A stretch of 64,000 nt of DNA, from positions 11,580 to 75,579 of the forward strand of contig JAFGME010000068.1 in the NCBI GenBank assembly GCA_016927695.1, written 5' to 3'. Below, in pieces: positions 19,034-27,921 of the stretch (the first letter of the stretch is position 1; each line of letters opens with the position of its first letter). Below the pieces are notes generated by a model that saw only the letters and a list, made by a program, of their open reading frames with translations, made no database searches and had not been told where the DNA came from. The position numbers were made by a program, and so were the translations under genes. Origin of the DNA: Bacteroidales bacterium (GTDB lineage: Bacteria > Bacteroidota > Bacteroidia > Bacteroidales > JAFGHD01).

Positions 19034-20692
19034 TTAAAAATGTTTATATTCAATTACTTCTGTTTTGAGGTCTGCTTTTTCCATCAATCTGTAAACAGGG
19101 TAGGGGAAGAAGCCGCCACCCCACTGGGGTACAAGATAACGGTCGAAGAAATTCCAGGGCAGCAATCCATCATCAGACTGAGGCTCAAGCAAATAAGAAG
19201 CCAGGTTTCCGAGAGGCTGGGATGTAAAAACAATCCTGGTGCCGGCAGGGAAATTACGGTTTTCAACCGTCAACTCACCTTTGATTGTGTTGCAGTAGTG
19301 TCCCTGGTAAAGACGGGAAGCCCCATTCAATTCATTCATTCTAAACCCTTCTACATTCAGCCTGGTATCTTCTGTAAGTATTTCCATTGCAATACCATGG
19401 CTTGAAATATTTTCAAGCACTTCCGGATCAGGTACCACGATGAGATAGGCATAGGGAACGGCAATATTTTTCACAGGAATGTAATCTGCAATATAAGGTA
19501 CTGTAACCGTTCTTTTCCTGTCGCTCTGTTTATAACGCCAATAGCCCCTTACCCCTGGAATCGTATCCGCCTCAATGGCCTTGATGGTGATGGGATCAGG
19601 TGTCGGAACGCCCCTGTATTCAATGGCAAATGAGTCGGTTGCCTGTGCCCCGGCAAACCGGTTGATCAGCCGGAGATCACTTTCTGCCAAAAGGGTTTTT
19701 ATCTCATCACGGTGCTCTGCCGCATATTCAAGAATCGACCAAAGGAGCTGATAACAACCATTCACCCTGGTTTGAAAATCTGCATATACATAATTTTCAT
19801 TGAGTATGGCCAGCCTGTTTCTCACGCCGATATAGTTGACAAGATAGCGGGGTTCTGAAGCATAGGAAATCCAGCCGCTGTCAGGGTTGAGTCGGTCAAT
19901 GAACTCACCGTAAAATATATTTTCCACATTTCTATTGGCAAGGAGCATTTCGTGAACCTCCGGCATCATTCTGTCACGCATATAGTGGATCAGATTTCTG
20001 TCGCCATTGGGATTCATCATCCAGGTAAAAGTAACCGGCTCCTCGTGATATGAACCGTTGGTGGTATGGCAATCTACGGTCACTGCCGGATCATAACGGT
20101 TAAACACCTGAGTGACAACACCTTTTAGCTCAGGGGTTTCCAGCTTAATGGCGTCCCTGTTCATATCCAGAAACTGGCCGTTATGTCTTACCCCGACACC
20201 ATTGACAGGCCCAACCTGGTTTGTTCTGTTTTCAGGGCTGATCCTGTCGTTGCCATCTGCATTCAGTATCGGACAAATCAGCAATACAATGTTATCAAGT
20301 ATTTCAGGCCTGGGATCCCTGACAAGGTCACGTGCTAGCATCAGGGAGGCCTCTTTCCCTTCCACTTCGCCTGCATGAATATTGGCCTGAAGGTAAACTA
20401 CAATCCTGTCATCGCTCTCCAAATCCTTTGGATCAGCCGGCATGGGATCTGCGATTAAAAGAAGCGGGATATCTTTTCCCTCAATGGAAGTGGCAAGGGT
20501 TTCGACCCTGACCAGGTTTGTGGCTGAAGCAAGCTCTTTCACGAATGCCATTACATCAGCATGGGTGGAGGTGGAGGTATAGCCCGATGATTCTGCTGTG
20601 GTTTTAAGTGTTGATTGTGCCAGAAGGCCAATATTTGCTGCCAATGACAGTGTTAACAAAGTAAAAGTCATTTTTTTTAGTTGCATAATCAA
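19034..20692 (-). CDS. M14-family zinc carboxypeptidase, secreted
   Basis: The signal peptide is MTFTLLTLSLAANIGLLAQ. The zinc motif is NIHAGEVEGKEA (HxxE), with a downstream VDCHTTNGS (third His). PILNADGND is typical of M14. The stop lies 1 nt from the start of the downstream delta-60 gene. Confidence 0.8.
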   Translation of the reverse strand: MIMQLKKMTFTLLTLSLAANIGLLAQSTLKTTAESSGYTSTSTHADVMAFVKELASATNLVRVETLATSIEGKDIPLLLIADPMPADPKDLESDDRIVVYLQANIHAGEVEGKEASLMLARDLVRDPRPEILDNIVLLICPILNADGNDRISPENRTNQVGPVNGVGVRHNGQFLDMNRDAIKLETPELKGVVTQVFNRYDPAVTVDCHTTNGSYHEEPVTFTWMMNPNGDRNLIHYMRDRMMPEVHEMLLANRNVENIFYGEFIDRLNPDSGWISYASEPRYLVNYIGVRNRLAILNENYVYADFQTRVNGCYQLLWSILEYAAEHRDEIKTLLAESDLRLINRFAGAQATDSFAIEYRGVPTPDPITIKAIEADTIPGVRGYWRYKQSDRKRTVTVPYIADYIPVKNIAVPYAYLIVVPDPEVLENISSHGIAMEILTEDTRLNVEGFRMNELNGASRLYQGHYCNTIKGELTVENRNFPAGTRIVFTSQPLGNLASYLLEPQSDDGLLPWNFFDRYLVPQWGGGFFPYPVYRLMEKADLKTEVIEYKHF

Positions 20693-20774
20693 AATATTAT
20701 GGGGCTAAATTAAATAAATGCTGTCAAAAGATTTAATTATATCTTTACAGCATGAATATTTAAAATAAAAAAAA

Positions 20775-22499
20775 ATGAAAACAGCCTGCTCAAACAAAAT
20801 GAAAAAGGCCTTAAAGAAGGCATTATACACTGGTGTTATGCTGAGTTTATGTATTCCGGCACTGGGGCAGCACAAACCCGGATCTTCGCAGAAATTGCTG
20901 GAAGTGATGGATGGTCCGTATATCCATTCACCCATTGAAAACCAGGCAACCTCTCCGGCTTACAGGTATTCTTCCACCGGATTCTTTACAGTGCAGGTAA
21001 ATGTTAATGCACAGGGTGAGAACATCGTGGGAGATGCGGCCAATGAACCTTCCATCACACACAATCCAAATAATCCTGATCAAATGGCCATCGGCTGGAG
21101 GCATTTCGAAACCATCACCAACAGTTTCAGGCAGGCGGGGGTTGCATATACCACAGATGCCGGTCAAAACTGGACTTTCCCGGGCGTAATCGACCCCGGG
21201 ATTTTCAGGTCAGATCCAGTCCTCGACTGGGATACCGAAGGCAACTTTTATTACAACAGCCTTACCAGCGATAACGGCAATTACACCTGCCAGGTATTCA
21301 GGTCGTATGACGGCGGGGCCACCTGGGATGGAGGGACATACGCACAGGGGGGCGATAAACAATGGATGGCCATTGACAAAACCGGCGGCATCGGAAACGG
21401 GAACATTTATGCATTCTGGACGTCATACTACAGCATCTGCAGCCCCGATTTTTTTACCAGGTCTGTTGATGGCGGAAGTACTTTCGAAAATTGCACATAC
21501 ATACCCGGAGAACCTTACTGGGGAACAACTATGGTAAATAAAAACGGCGACCTTTATGTCTGCGGCACACAAAACAACAATTTCATGTTCGCCCGTTCAA
21601 CCAACGCCCATGACCCGGCGCAATCGCCCACATGGGATCTGGTCAGCTATGTTGACCTTGACGGGGAAATTACAGGTTTCGGCGGTTACCAGTGCCCCAA
21701 TCCCAGCGGTTTATTAGGCCAGACCATTATTTCGGCCGATTCAAGCGGCGGACCGTTTGACGGGTATATATATATCCTTTGTTCTGTGGACCGTTATTCC
21801 AATAATGATCCGCTCGATGTAATGTTAACCAGAAGTACGGATGGCGGGGCAACCTGGAGCGACCCCATCCGCGTGAACGATGACCCGGCCAATAACGCCT
21901 ACCAATGGTTCGGAACCATGTCGGTAGCCCCTGACGGAAGAATTGATGTGGTATGGCTTGATAACCGCGATAATCCCGGTTCGGTATGGTCGGCGCTTTA
22001 TTATTCATTTTCTTTAGACGGAGGAGAAACATGGAGTGCAAATGAAAAACTTTCTGAATCCTTCAACCCCCACATCGGATGGCCGCAACAAGACAAAATG
22101 GGAGATTATTTTGATATGTATTCCGATGAAACAGGAGCCCATTTAGCCTGGGCCAACACTTTCAACGGGGAACAGGATGTTTACTACGCCCACATCACCC
22201 CATCCATTACAGGGATATCTCTCATAAAAAGCAATCCGTCGGTTTCTCTCTCTCAAAACTTTCCCAATCCATTCAGTTATAAAACCTCAATTAAGTTTTC
22301 CCTGTCTGAAAAAATGAAGGTCACAATCCGTGTTTATGACATGACAGGCAGAGAGGTGATCACATTGCTGAATGAAATCAGGGAAGCCGGGCCGGGGCAG
22401 GTTGAGTTTTATACAGGAGACCTGAAGAACGGAATGTATTACTACACTCTTAGCGCCGGGCAATCCAGCGAAACCCGCAAGCTGATGATCAGCAGATAA
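20775..22499 (+). CDS. BNR/Asp-box (sialidase-fold-like) protein with T9SS C-terminal sorting domain
   Basis: Asp-boxes are TTDAGQNW, SYDGGATW, SVDGGSTF, STDGGATW and SLDGGETW. A signal peptide is present. The CTD is LSQNFPNPFSYKTSIKF...GMYYYTL. Confidence 0.75.
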   Translation: MKTACSNKMKKALKKALYTGVMLSLCIPALGQHKPGSSQKLLEVMDGPYIHSPIENQATSPAYRYSSTGFFTVQVNVNAQGENIVGDAANEPSITHNPNNPDQMAIGWRHFETITNSFRQAGVAYTTDAGQNWTFPGVIDPGIFRSDPVLDWDTEGNFYYNSLTSDNGNYTCQVFRSYDGGATWDGGTYAQGGDKQWMAIDKTGGIGNGNIYAFWTSYYSICSPDFFTRSVDGGSTFENCTYIPGEPYWGTTMVNKNGDLYVCGTQNNNFMFARSTNAHDPAQSPTWDLVSYVDLDGEITGFGGYQCPNPSGLLGQTIISADSSGGPFDGYIYILCSVDRYSNNDPLDVMLTRSTDGGATWSDPIRVNDDPANNAYQWFGTMSVAPDGRIDVVWLDNRDNPGSVWSALYYSFSLDGGETWSANEKLSESFNPHIGWPQQDKMGDYFDMYSDETGAHLAWANTFNGEQDVYYAHITPSITGISLIKSNPSVSLSQNFPNPFSYKTSIKFSLSEKMKVTIRVYDMTGREVITLLNEIREAGPGQVEFYTGDLKNGMYYYTLSAGQSSETRKLMISR

Positions 22500-22632
22500 C
22501 AGGACTTTACCTTATCCGTTTACACACTGCCATTGATCTCAGGGCGGGATAGCTCAATACAGTTTGCCATCCATTTCTTTAAACGCAGTTGTTTTATTCT
22601 ATTATCCGGCAATAAAACCAAAAAAACTTGGC

Positions 22633-22655
22633 ATATTGAAAAAACTTTTCCATAT
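22633..22655. promoter_or_regulatory. Imperfect inverted repeat, candidate operator upstream of the membrane/cytochrome module
   Basis: ATATTGAAAA-aac-TTTTCCATAT forms 10-nt arms with 9/10 complementarity and a 3-nt spacer. It lies about 48 nt upstream of the ATG at 22703. Confidence 0.3.
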
Positions 22656-22702
22656 TCGCTAAAAAATTTACGAAAAAATAACTTAAAATAATGCAATAGA
22701 AT

Positions 22703-23785
22703 ATGGAACCGAATTCCCTGATTCCCACGCCCGACTCCATTCCCGCCCCCGCATGGATATTCATCCTGCTGGAGCAGCTTTTGTTCCTGCTGCATATCCT
22801 TCTGATCAATGCCGTACTTGGAGGAATGTTGGTGATGTTATTCAGAAAATCAAAAAATACGGGAGAAAATCATGAAACTGATTTCAGGAAAAATGCCGCA
22901 AAAAAACTGCCGGTCATGATTGCCCTTGGAATCAATCTTGCCATTCCACCTCTTTTATTTCTTCAGGTGGTTTTCGGCCATCTCTTTTATTCCAGCTCGG
23001 TATTGATGGCAACTTACTGGATACTGATCATCCCATTGTTGATTGTGGCTTATTACGGAGCCTATATTCATTCGGTTAAATTGTTTTCCTGCCCTTTTTT
23101 TTCAAGGGCTTCTCTGGCAATATCCATTCTCATTATCCTGTATATCGGTTTCATGCTTGTCAATAACAATTCCCTGATGGAGCAGCCTGAAAAGTGGACT
23201 GCATACTTTGAGAACAGGAACGGCAGTATTCTGAACCTGAACGACCAGGCCCTCTGGCCCCGTTATATTCATTTCATCGCTGCCTCCCTTGCCATCGGAA
23301 GCATTTTCTTTGCACTGATGCATCACCTGAGGGCGAAAAAAGGGGAGGAGGGCTCAGAACAAAAGGTCACTTTCTTTCTGCGCATCTTTGCTGTTGTCAC
23401 GGCCATTCAGCTTGCCGTGGGTTTCTGGTACCTGCTTGCCATACCTTCGGAATTCATCCCTGCATTTATGGGCAAAGACCTTGTGAGTACGATGGTTCTT
23501 ATGGCCGGCATTGGTGCGGGAATTGGCGCCATGATATCCGGGTTTTTGGGAAAATTCAAAGCGACCGTCGCACACCTGCTTCTCACGATGATCGCCATGA
23601 TCATTAGCCGGTATAACCTGAGAATGATGTACCTCGACGACAATTTCCGCTTCAGCGGGCTTGAACTGGCGCCTCAATACGGATTGCTTGCACTGTTCCT
23701 GCTGATTCTGCTGATTGGCATTGCTTTAATCTTGTATATGTTAAAAATCGGTTTCAACAAATCTGAAAGGAGGGTTGAACCATGA
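22703..23785 (+). CDS. Polytopic membrane protein (about 9 TM), partner subunit of the downstream bd-like/cytochrome c protein
   Basis: The 360 aa protein shows about nine hydrophobic segments by eye. TM1 is LLFLLHILLINAVLGGML, a His followed by LGG that echoes TM1 of the next gene. Its stop overlaps the next start (ATGA at 23782-23785). Confidence 0.6.
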   Translation: MEPNSLIPTPDSIPAPAWIFILLEQLLFLLHILLINAVLGGMLVMLFRKSKNTGENHETDFRKNAAKKLPVMIALGINLAIPPLLFLQVVFGHLFYSSSVLMATYWILIIPLLIVAYYGAYIHSVKLFSCPFFSRASLAISILIILYIGFMLVNNNSLMEQPEKWTAYFENRNGSILNLNDQALWPRYIHFIAASLAIGSIFFALMHHLRAKKGEEGSEQKVTFFLRIFAVVTAIQLAVGFWYLLAIPSEFIPAFMGKDLVSTMVLMAGIGAGIGAMISGFLGKFKATVAHLLLTMIAMIISRYNLRMMYLDDNFRFSGLELAPQYGLLALFLLILLIGIALILYMLKIGFNKSERRVEP

Positions 23786-26463
23786 ATTATCCGATATGGG
23801 AACTCTATGGCCTGAACAGCGGGACGCTGGTTGCCATCATTGCCGTTACGCATGCTTTCATTGCCCACCTGGCCGTCGGCGGAGGATTGTTTTTGTGGTT
23901 AACGGATTTAAAAAGTGTGAGGGATAATGACAGCGATATCCGATTGTATGTTCAAAAGCATACCTGGTTTTTCCTTTTGCTCACCATGGTTTTCGGAGGG
24001 GTTTCAGGAGTCGGGATTTGGTTCATCATTGCCCTTGCCAGCCCTGCTGCCACCTCATCCCTGATACATAATTTCGTTTTTGGCTGGGCTATCGAATGGG
24101 TGTTTTTCATCGGTGAAATAGTAGCGCTGCTGGTCTATCATTACAGGTTTGAGAAGATGAATTCCAAACACCGGCTTCAGGTCGCATTTCTCTATTTCCT
24201 TTTTGCCTGGCTTAGTATGGTGATAATCAATGGAATACTGGCTTTTATGCTCACCCCGGGCAAATGGCTCGATACTGGGTACTTCTGGCATGGATTTTTC
24301 AATCCCACCTATTTTTCATCCTTATTGTTCAGGACTGCTGCCGCTACCATGATTGCAGGACTTTTCGGCTACGTTACCGTAGTGTTTTTAAACGAAAGCG
24401 AATTCAGAAGAAAAATGCTGCGGTATTGTACAAAATGGCTACTCTTTCCCGTTCCTGTGATTATTTTAGCTGGGATCTGGTACTATTATTCAGTTCCGGA
24501 TTCCATCCGATTTACAACCTTTAGTTTAAATGCCCAGTCGCAACTTATTGTTATTCTGTTTATTATTACATCAGTATTGGTTTTTGTAACAGGAGCATTT
24601 TTCTCTCTTAAAATGAATCCGAAATATCAACGGGTCATGGTGTTTGTTTTTCTGCTTACCGGCCTGGGCTGGTACGGAAGTTTTGAATACATGAGGGAGT
24701 ACGCACGCAAACCGTACATCATACACAGCTATATGTATTCAACCTCAGTGCTGAAAAACGATGTGGAGATGCTTAACAGTGAAGGCATGCTGGCTCACGC
24801 CAAATGGACGGAAATAAAAGAAATCAATATTGATAATGTGCTGCGGGCGGGCAGGGAATTGTTTAATATACAATGCCTGGCATGCCATACCATCGGCGGG
24901 GTCAAAAATGATATCATTAAGAAAACAAAACATTTCACTTACATGGGAATGATCTCACATCTTTACGGGCAGGGAAAAGTGCTCAATTACATGCCTGAGT
25001 TTGTGGGCACACCTCAGGAAATGGAAGCGCTGGCGGCTTTCATCATCCGGGATCTCAACAAAAAGCAAATGGTGACGGAACCGTCTCATTATGAACCTGT
25101 TCCGGCGGACAGGGAAATACCTCCCTTTGATAAAATCAAAGACGATTACGTGCTGTTGGCATGGAATGACCTTGGAATGCACTGTATTTCCGACTGCGAC
25201 CCCTGGTTTATCCTCCTTCCTCCGGCCAATACATTAGAAGCCCAGCTCATCAAAAGAGGGCCTTCACCATCTCTCATTACCGAAGGGGTGGAGTTGCGAT
25301 ATAAAGTGGAAGCGGGTTTTGAAAACCCCTCATCTCATGTTCGCTTCTGGGATTTTGCGGAGAGTTATTTCGGTATAAAACCTGAAAAAAACATTGGCCT
25401 TTCAGGCAAAGGCATGAGGGGCACATTTGATTTTAATGCCGACAGGAACAGCTTTATTGCTGAAATGATTCCGGTAGTTCCTTATAAGGATGACGGCGCT
25501 TTTAACCCATACCCGCAATTCATTGTTGAGGCTGTTGACATCGAAACCAATGAAACGTTGATGACAACCAGGGTGGTGGCGCCGGTATCCACAGAAATGG
25601 GGTGCCGCAACTGCCATGGCGGAGGATGGCGGGTAAATGATATTTCAGGAGTGGCAGATGAAACCGCTATAAACATCCTTAAAGCCCATGATAGGCTAAA
25701 CAATACCGACCTGTATGCAACTGCATTGCAGGGAAAGCCCCAACTATGCCAGAGTTGCCATGCCGACCCGGCAATAGGCGCTGAAGGAAAACCCGCGCAT
25801 AATAACTTTTCGGCGGCAATGCACGGGTGGCATGCCAATTACATGTATGTTGAAGGGGGAAATGCCTGCGCTATGTGCCATCCGGCTTCCCAAAAAGGCA
25901 ATACACGCTGCAACAGAGGCATACACCCTCAATTGGGATACAACTGCACCAACTGCCACGGAACATTGGGCGACCATGCGGCAGGATTGCTGAATGCACA
26001 AACTGAAACGGCAAGCAGCCGGAGATTACTGGCCAATCTCAAAACTCAATATGTGGCCACAACAGCGGATGTTTTTCCAAGGATTCCCTGGGTGCAACAG
26101 CCCGATTGTTTAGGATGTCATGAAAATTTTGAGAAACCGGCAGCGGGATTTAACGCATTCAACAAATGGAACAGCGATTTTTCGGGATTATACCGGATAA
26201 GGACCGGCGATGCAGGCATAAGGTGTGCAGCCTGCCATAATTCCACCCATTCGGAATACCCTGCCCGAAATGCATTCGGACGAAACCTGGATAATGCACA
26301 ACCCATGCAATATAACGGAACTCCATTGCCAATTGGATCTGAATTTTCATGTGAGGTTTGCCATAAACAAAAAATGGAAGAATCGGTTCACCATCCCAAT
26401 ATGGAAAGGATGTTCAGAAATATCAGGTTACCCGTCAAAGAAGGCCTTATTCCTGAGAGATAG
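23782..26463 (+). CDS. Fusion protein: cytochrome bd subunit I (CydA)-like membrane domain + monohaem class-I cytochrome c + heptahaem cytochrome c domain
   Basis: Residues 1-330 show about 8 hydrophobic segments, including IAVTHAFIAHLAVGGGLF and GWAIEWVFFIGEIVALLVYHY. These resemble the CydA TM1 His and the FFxE region. There are eight CXXCH motifs: CLACH (nt 24874-24888, with downstream YMPEF), CRNCH, CQSCH, CAMCH, CTNCH, CLGCH, CAACH and CEVCH (nt 26350-26364). Confidence 0.7.
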   Translation: MNYPIWELYGLNSGTLVAIIAVTHAFIAHLAVGGGLFLWLTDLKSVRDNDSDIRLYVQKHTWFFLLLTMVFGGVSGVGIWFIIALASPAATSSLIHNFVFGWAIEWVFFIGEIVALLVYHYRFEKMNSKHRLQVAFLYFLFAWLSMVIINGILAFMLTPGKWLDTGYFWHGFFNPTYFSSLLFRTAAATMIAGLFGYVTVVFLNESEFRRKMLRYCTKWLLFPVPVIILAGIWYYYSVPDSIRFTTFSLNAQSQLIVILFIITSVLVFVTGAFFSLKMNPKYQRVMVFVFLLTGLGWYGSFEYMREYARKPYIIHSYMYSTSVLKNDVEMLNSEGMLAHAKWTEIKEINIDNVLRAGRELFNIQCLACHTIGGVKNDIIKKTKHFTYMGMISHLYGQGKVLNYMPEFVGTPQEMEALAAFIIRDLNKKQMVTEPSHYEPVPADREIPPFDKIKDDYVLLAWNDLGMHCISDCDPWFILLPPANTLEAQLIKRGPSPSLITEGVELRYKVEAGFENPSSHVRFWDFAESYFGIKPEKNIGLSGKGMRGTFDFNADRNSFIAEMIPVVPYKDDGAFNPYPQFIVEAVDIETNETLMTTRVVAPVSTEMGCRNCHGGGWRVNDISGVADETAINILKAHDRLNNTDLYATALQGKPQLCQSCHADPAIGAEGKPAHNNFSAAMHGWHANYMYVEGGNACAMCHPASQKGNTRCNRGIHPQLGYNCTNCHGTLGDHAAGLLNAQTETASSRRLLANLKTQYVATTADVFPRIPWVQQPDCLGCHENFEKPAAGFNAFNKWNSDFSGLYRIRTGDAGIRCAACHNSTHSEYPARNAFGRNLDNAQPMQYNGTPLPIGSEFSCEVCHKQKMEESVHHPNMERMFRNIRLPVKEGLIPER

Positions 26464-26551
26464 CAGTTATGTATCAAAATCTGACGATCAAAAACGTATC
26501 AAGTAAAATGCCCTATAATTAATATTATGTTAAATTCTAAATAGAAAATAA

Positions 26552-26575
26552 AGAGGCGCTTGCTGAAACGCCTCT
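26552..26575. terminator. Hairpin between convergent genes (possible bidirectional terminator)
   Basis: AGAGGCG-cttgctgaaa-CGCCTCT forms a 7-bp stem in the 121-nt gap between the cytochrome gene (+) and the TPR gene (-). It is flanked by A-rich sequence on one side and TC-rich sequence on the other. Confidence 0.4.
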
Positions 26576-26584
26576 CCTCCAATT

Positions 26585-27820
26585 CTATTTCTTTAGCTTC
26601 TCCTCTATCTCTTTTCTTTTTTCATTCATATTTAAACGAACATAAATTTCCTTGAGCGCTATCATCGTACTCATATCCGTTGGATCAATGGCATGGGCTT
26701 TTTCAAGATACGGCAACGCCTTTTGCATCAGGTTCCTGTATTCATTGGTCATCCGGTTATATTCTTCCACGGCTTCCAACGGGAGTCTTGTCGCAGCATT
26801 GATATAGGTCAGTGATTTATTGTAATATAAAGCCCCCAGGTTGTAAATTGCATCAAAATATTCAGGATTCAATTCAATTGCTTTGAGGTAAGCATCTTCT
26901 GCCTGTTTGAAGGCTGTCTCTCTTACGTCATCTGTTTTTGTAGTGTCTGAAACTATTTGTTTATCGATTATACTTCCTGCCGCAAAGTAAATCGTCGGGT
27001 TGGTTTTATCGAGTTCCATAGCCACGTTCAGATTTTGCAAAGCTTTATCCTCTTCGTTCCTGCCAAGGTAAATGTTGGTTTCATCATACATCAGTGCCAG
27101 GTCGCCCGGATAAATTTTTCTACCCTCTAACACAATGTTCAACGCTTTAACTGTATCGTTTTCGTACTTATAATAAATATTGAACAATGAATGATAAACA
27201 GCCGCCTGCTTGTAATTCAATTCGTAAACGAGCTTTTCAAAATAAACTTTAGCCCTTGCCGAGTCCCCGGCCTGCTCCAGCGCAAAAGCTGTATAATAGT
27301 GTGCAACCGTGTCAACATTCCCCACCTTGGAATAAATTGCAATGGCTTTTTCGAATTTAGGCACCGCTGCATCAAACTCAAGTTTAGCTAAGGGTAAGTC
27401 GCTGGCATTTCCGCTGTTCTTGAATTCCAGTCCTTTATTGAACCGATTTGCACCGCTGTTGAAAAATTCCTCTGCACACAATAAAATCCTGGGAACAATC
27501 TCAGCATAATACTCGTTCTTTTCATCCAGGCTTATACTTTTATCATAAGCGTTATAGGCTTTATTCAACGCATCTTTATCCAGGTTCCTGAATTTCTCAT
27601 CCTGACTTCTGTATATATCAAGGTAGATATTTCCGGCATAATACCATGTACGCGCATCATTTATGGTTTGTTCATGCTGGGTTGCCTTGTCGATATATTC
27701 CTTTGCCTTATCCAGTTTGCCGTTTCTGTGGTAATTGAAGGCGCTGGTCCTGTTGGCATTCTGAGCCTGCAACGCCATCCCTACCAACAATGAAACAAAT
27801 AAAATCGCTGATTTCTTCAT
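26585..27820 (-). CDS. Secreted tetratricopeptide (TPR) repeat protein
   Basis: The signal peptide MKKSAILFVSLLVGMALQAQ starts at the internal ATG at 27820. TPR-like A/Y/L-periodic helices recur (AYNAYDKSISLD, AEDAYLKAIELNPEYFDAIYNLGALYYN, ALPYLEKAHAIDP). Confidence 0.7.
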   Translation of the reverse strand: MKKSAILFVSLLVGMALQAQNANRTSAFNYHRNGKLDKAKEYIDKATQHEQTINDARTWYYAGNIYLDIYRSQDEKFRNLDKDALNKAYNAYDKSISLDEKNEYYAEIVPRILLCAEEFFNSGANRFNKGLEFKNSGNASDLPLAKLEFDAAVPKFEKAIAIYSKVGNVDTVAHYYTAFALEQAGDSARAKVYFEKLVYELNYKQAAVYHSLFNIYYKYENDTVKALNIVLEGRKIYPGDLALMYDETNIYLGRNEEDKALQNLNVAMELDKTNPTIYFAAGSIIDKQIVSDTTKTDDVRETAFKQAEDAYLKAIELNPEYFDAIYNLGALYYNKSLTYINAATRLPLEAVEEYNRMTNEYRNLMQKALPYLEKAHAIDPTDMSTMIALKEIYVRLNMNEKRKEIEEKLKK

Positions 27821-27921
27821 TTCTTTTGTTTTAAATTTCATATTAAAAATGTTCCACACTGCAAAAATAATATTACCTATCAAGCAATACCAAAACTTTG
27901 CCAATTTGTAATAATTCTTAA

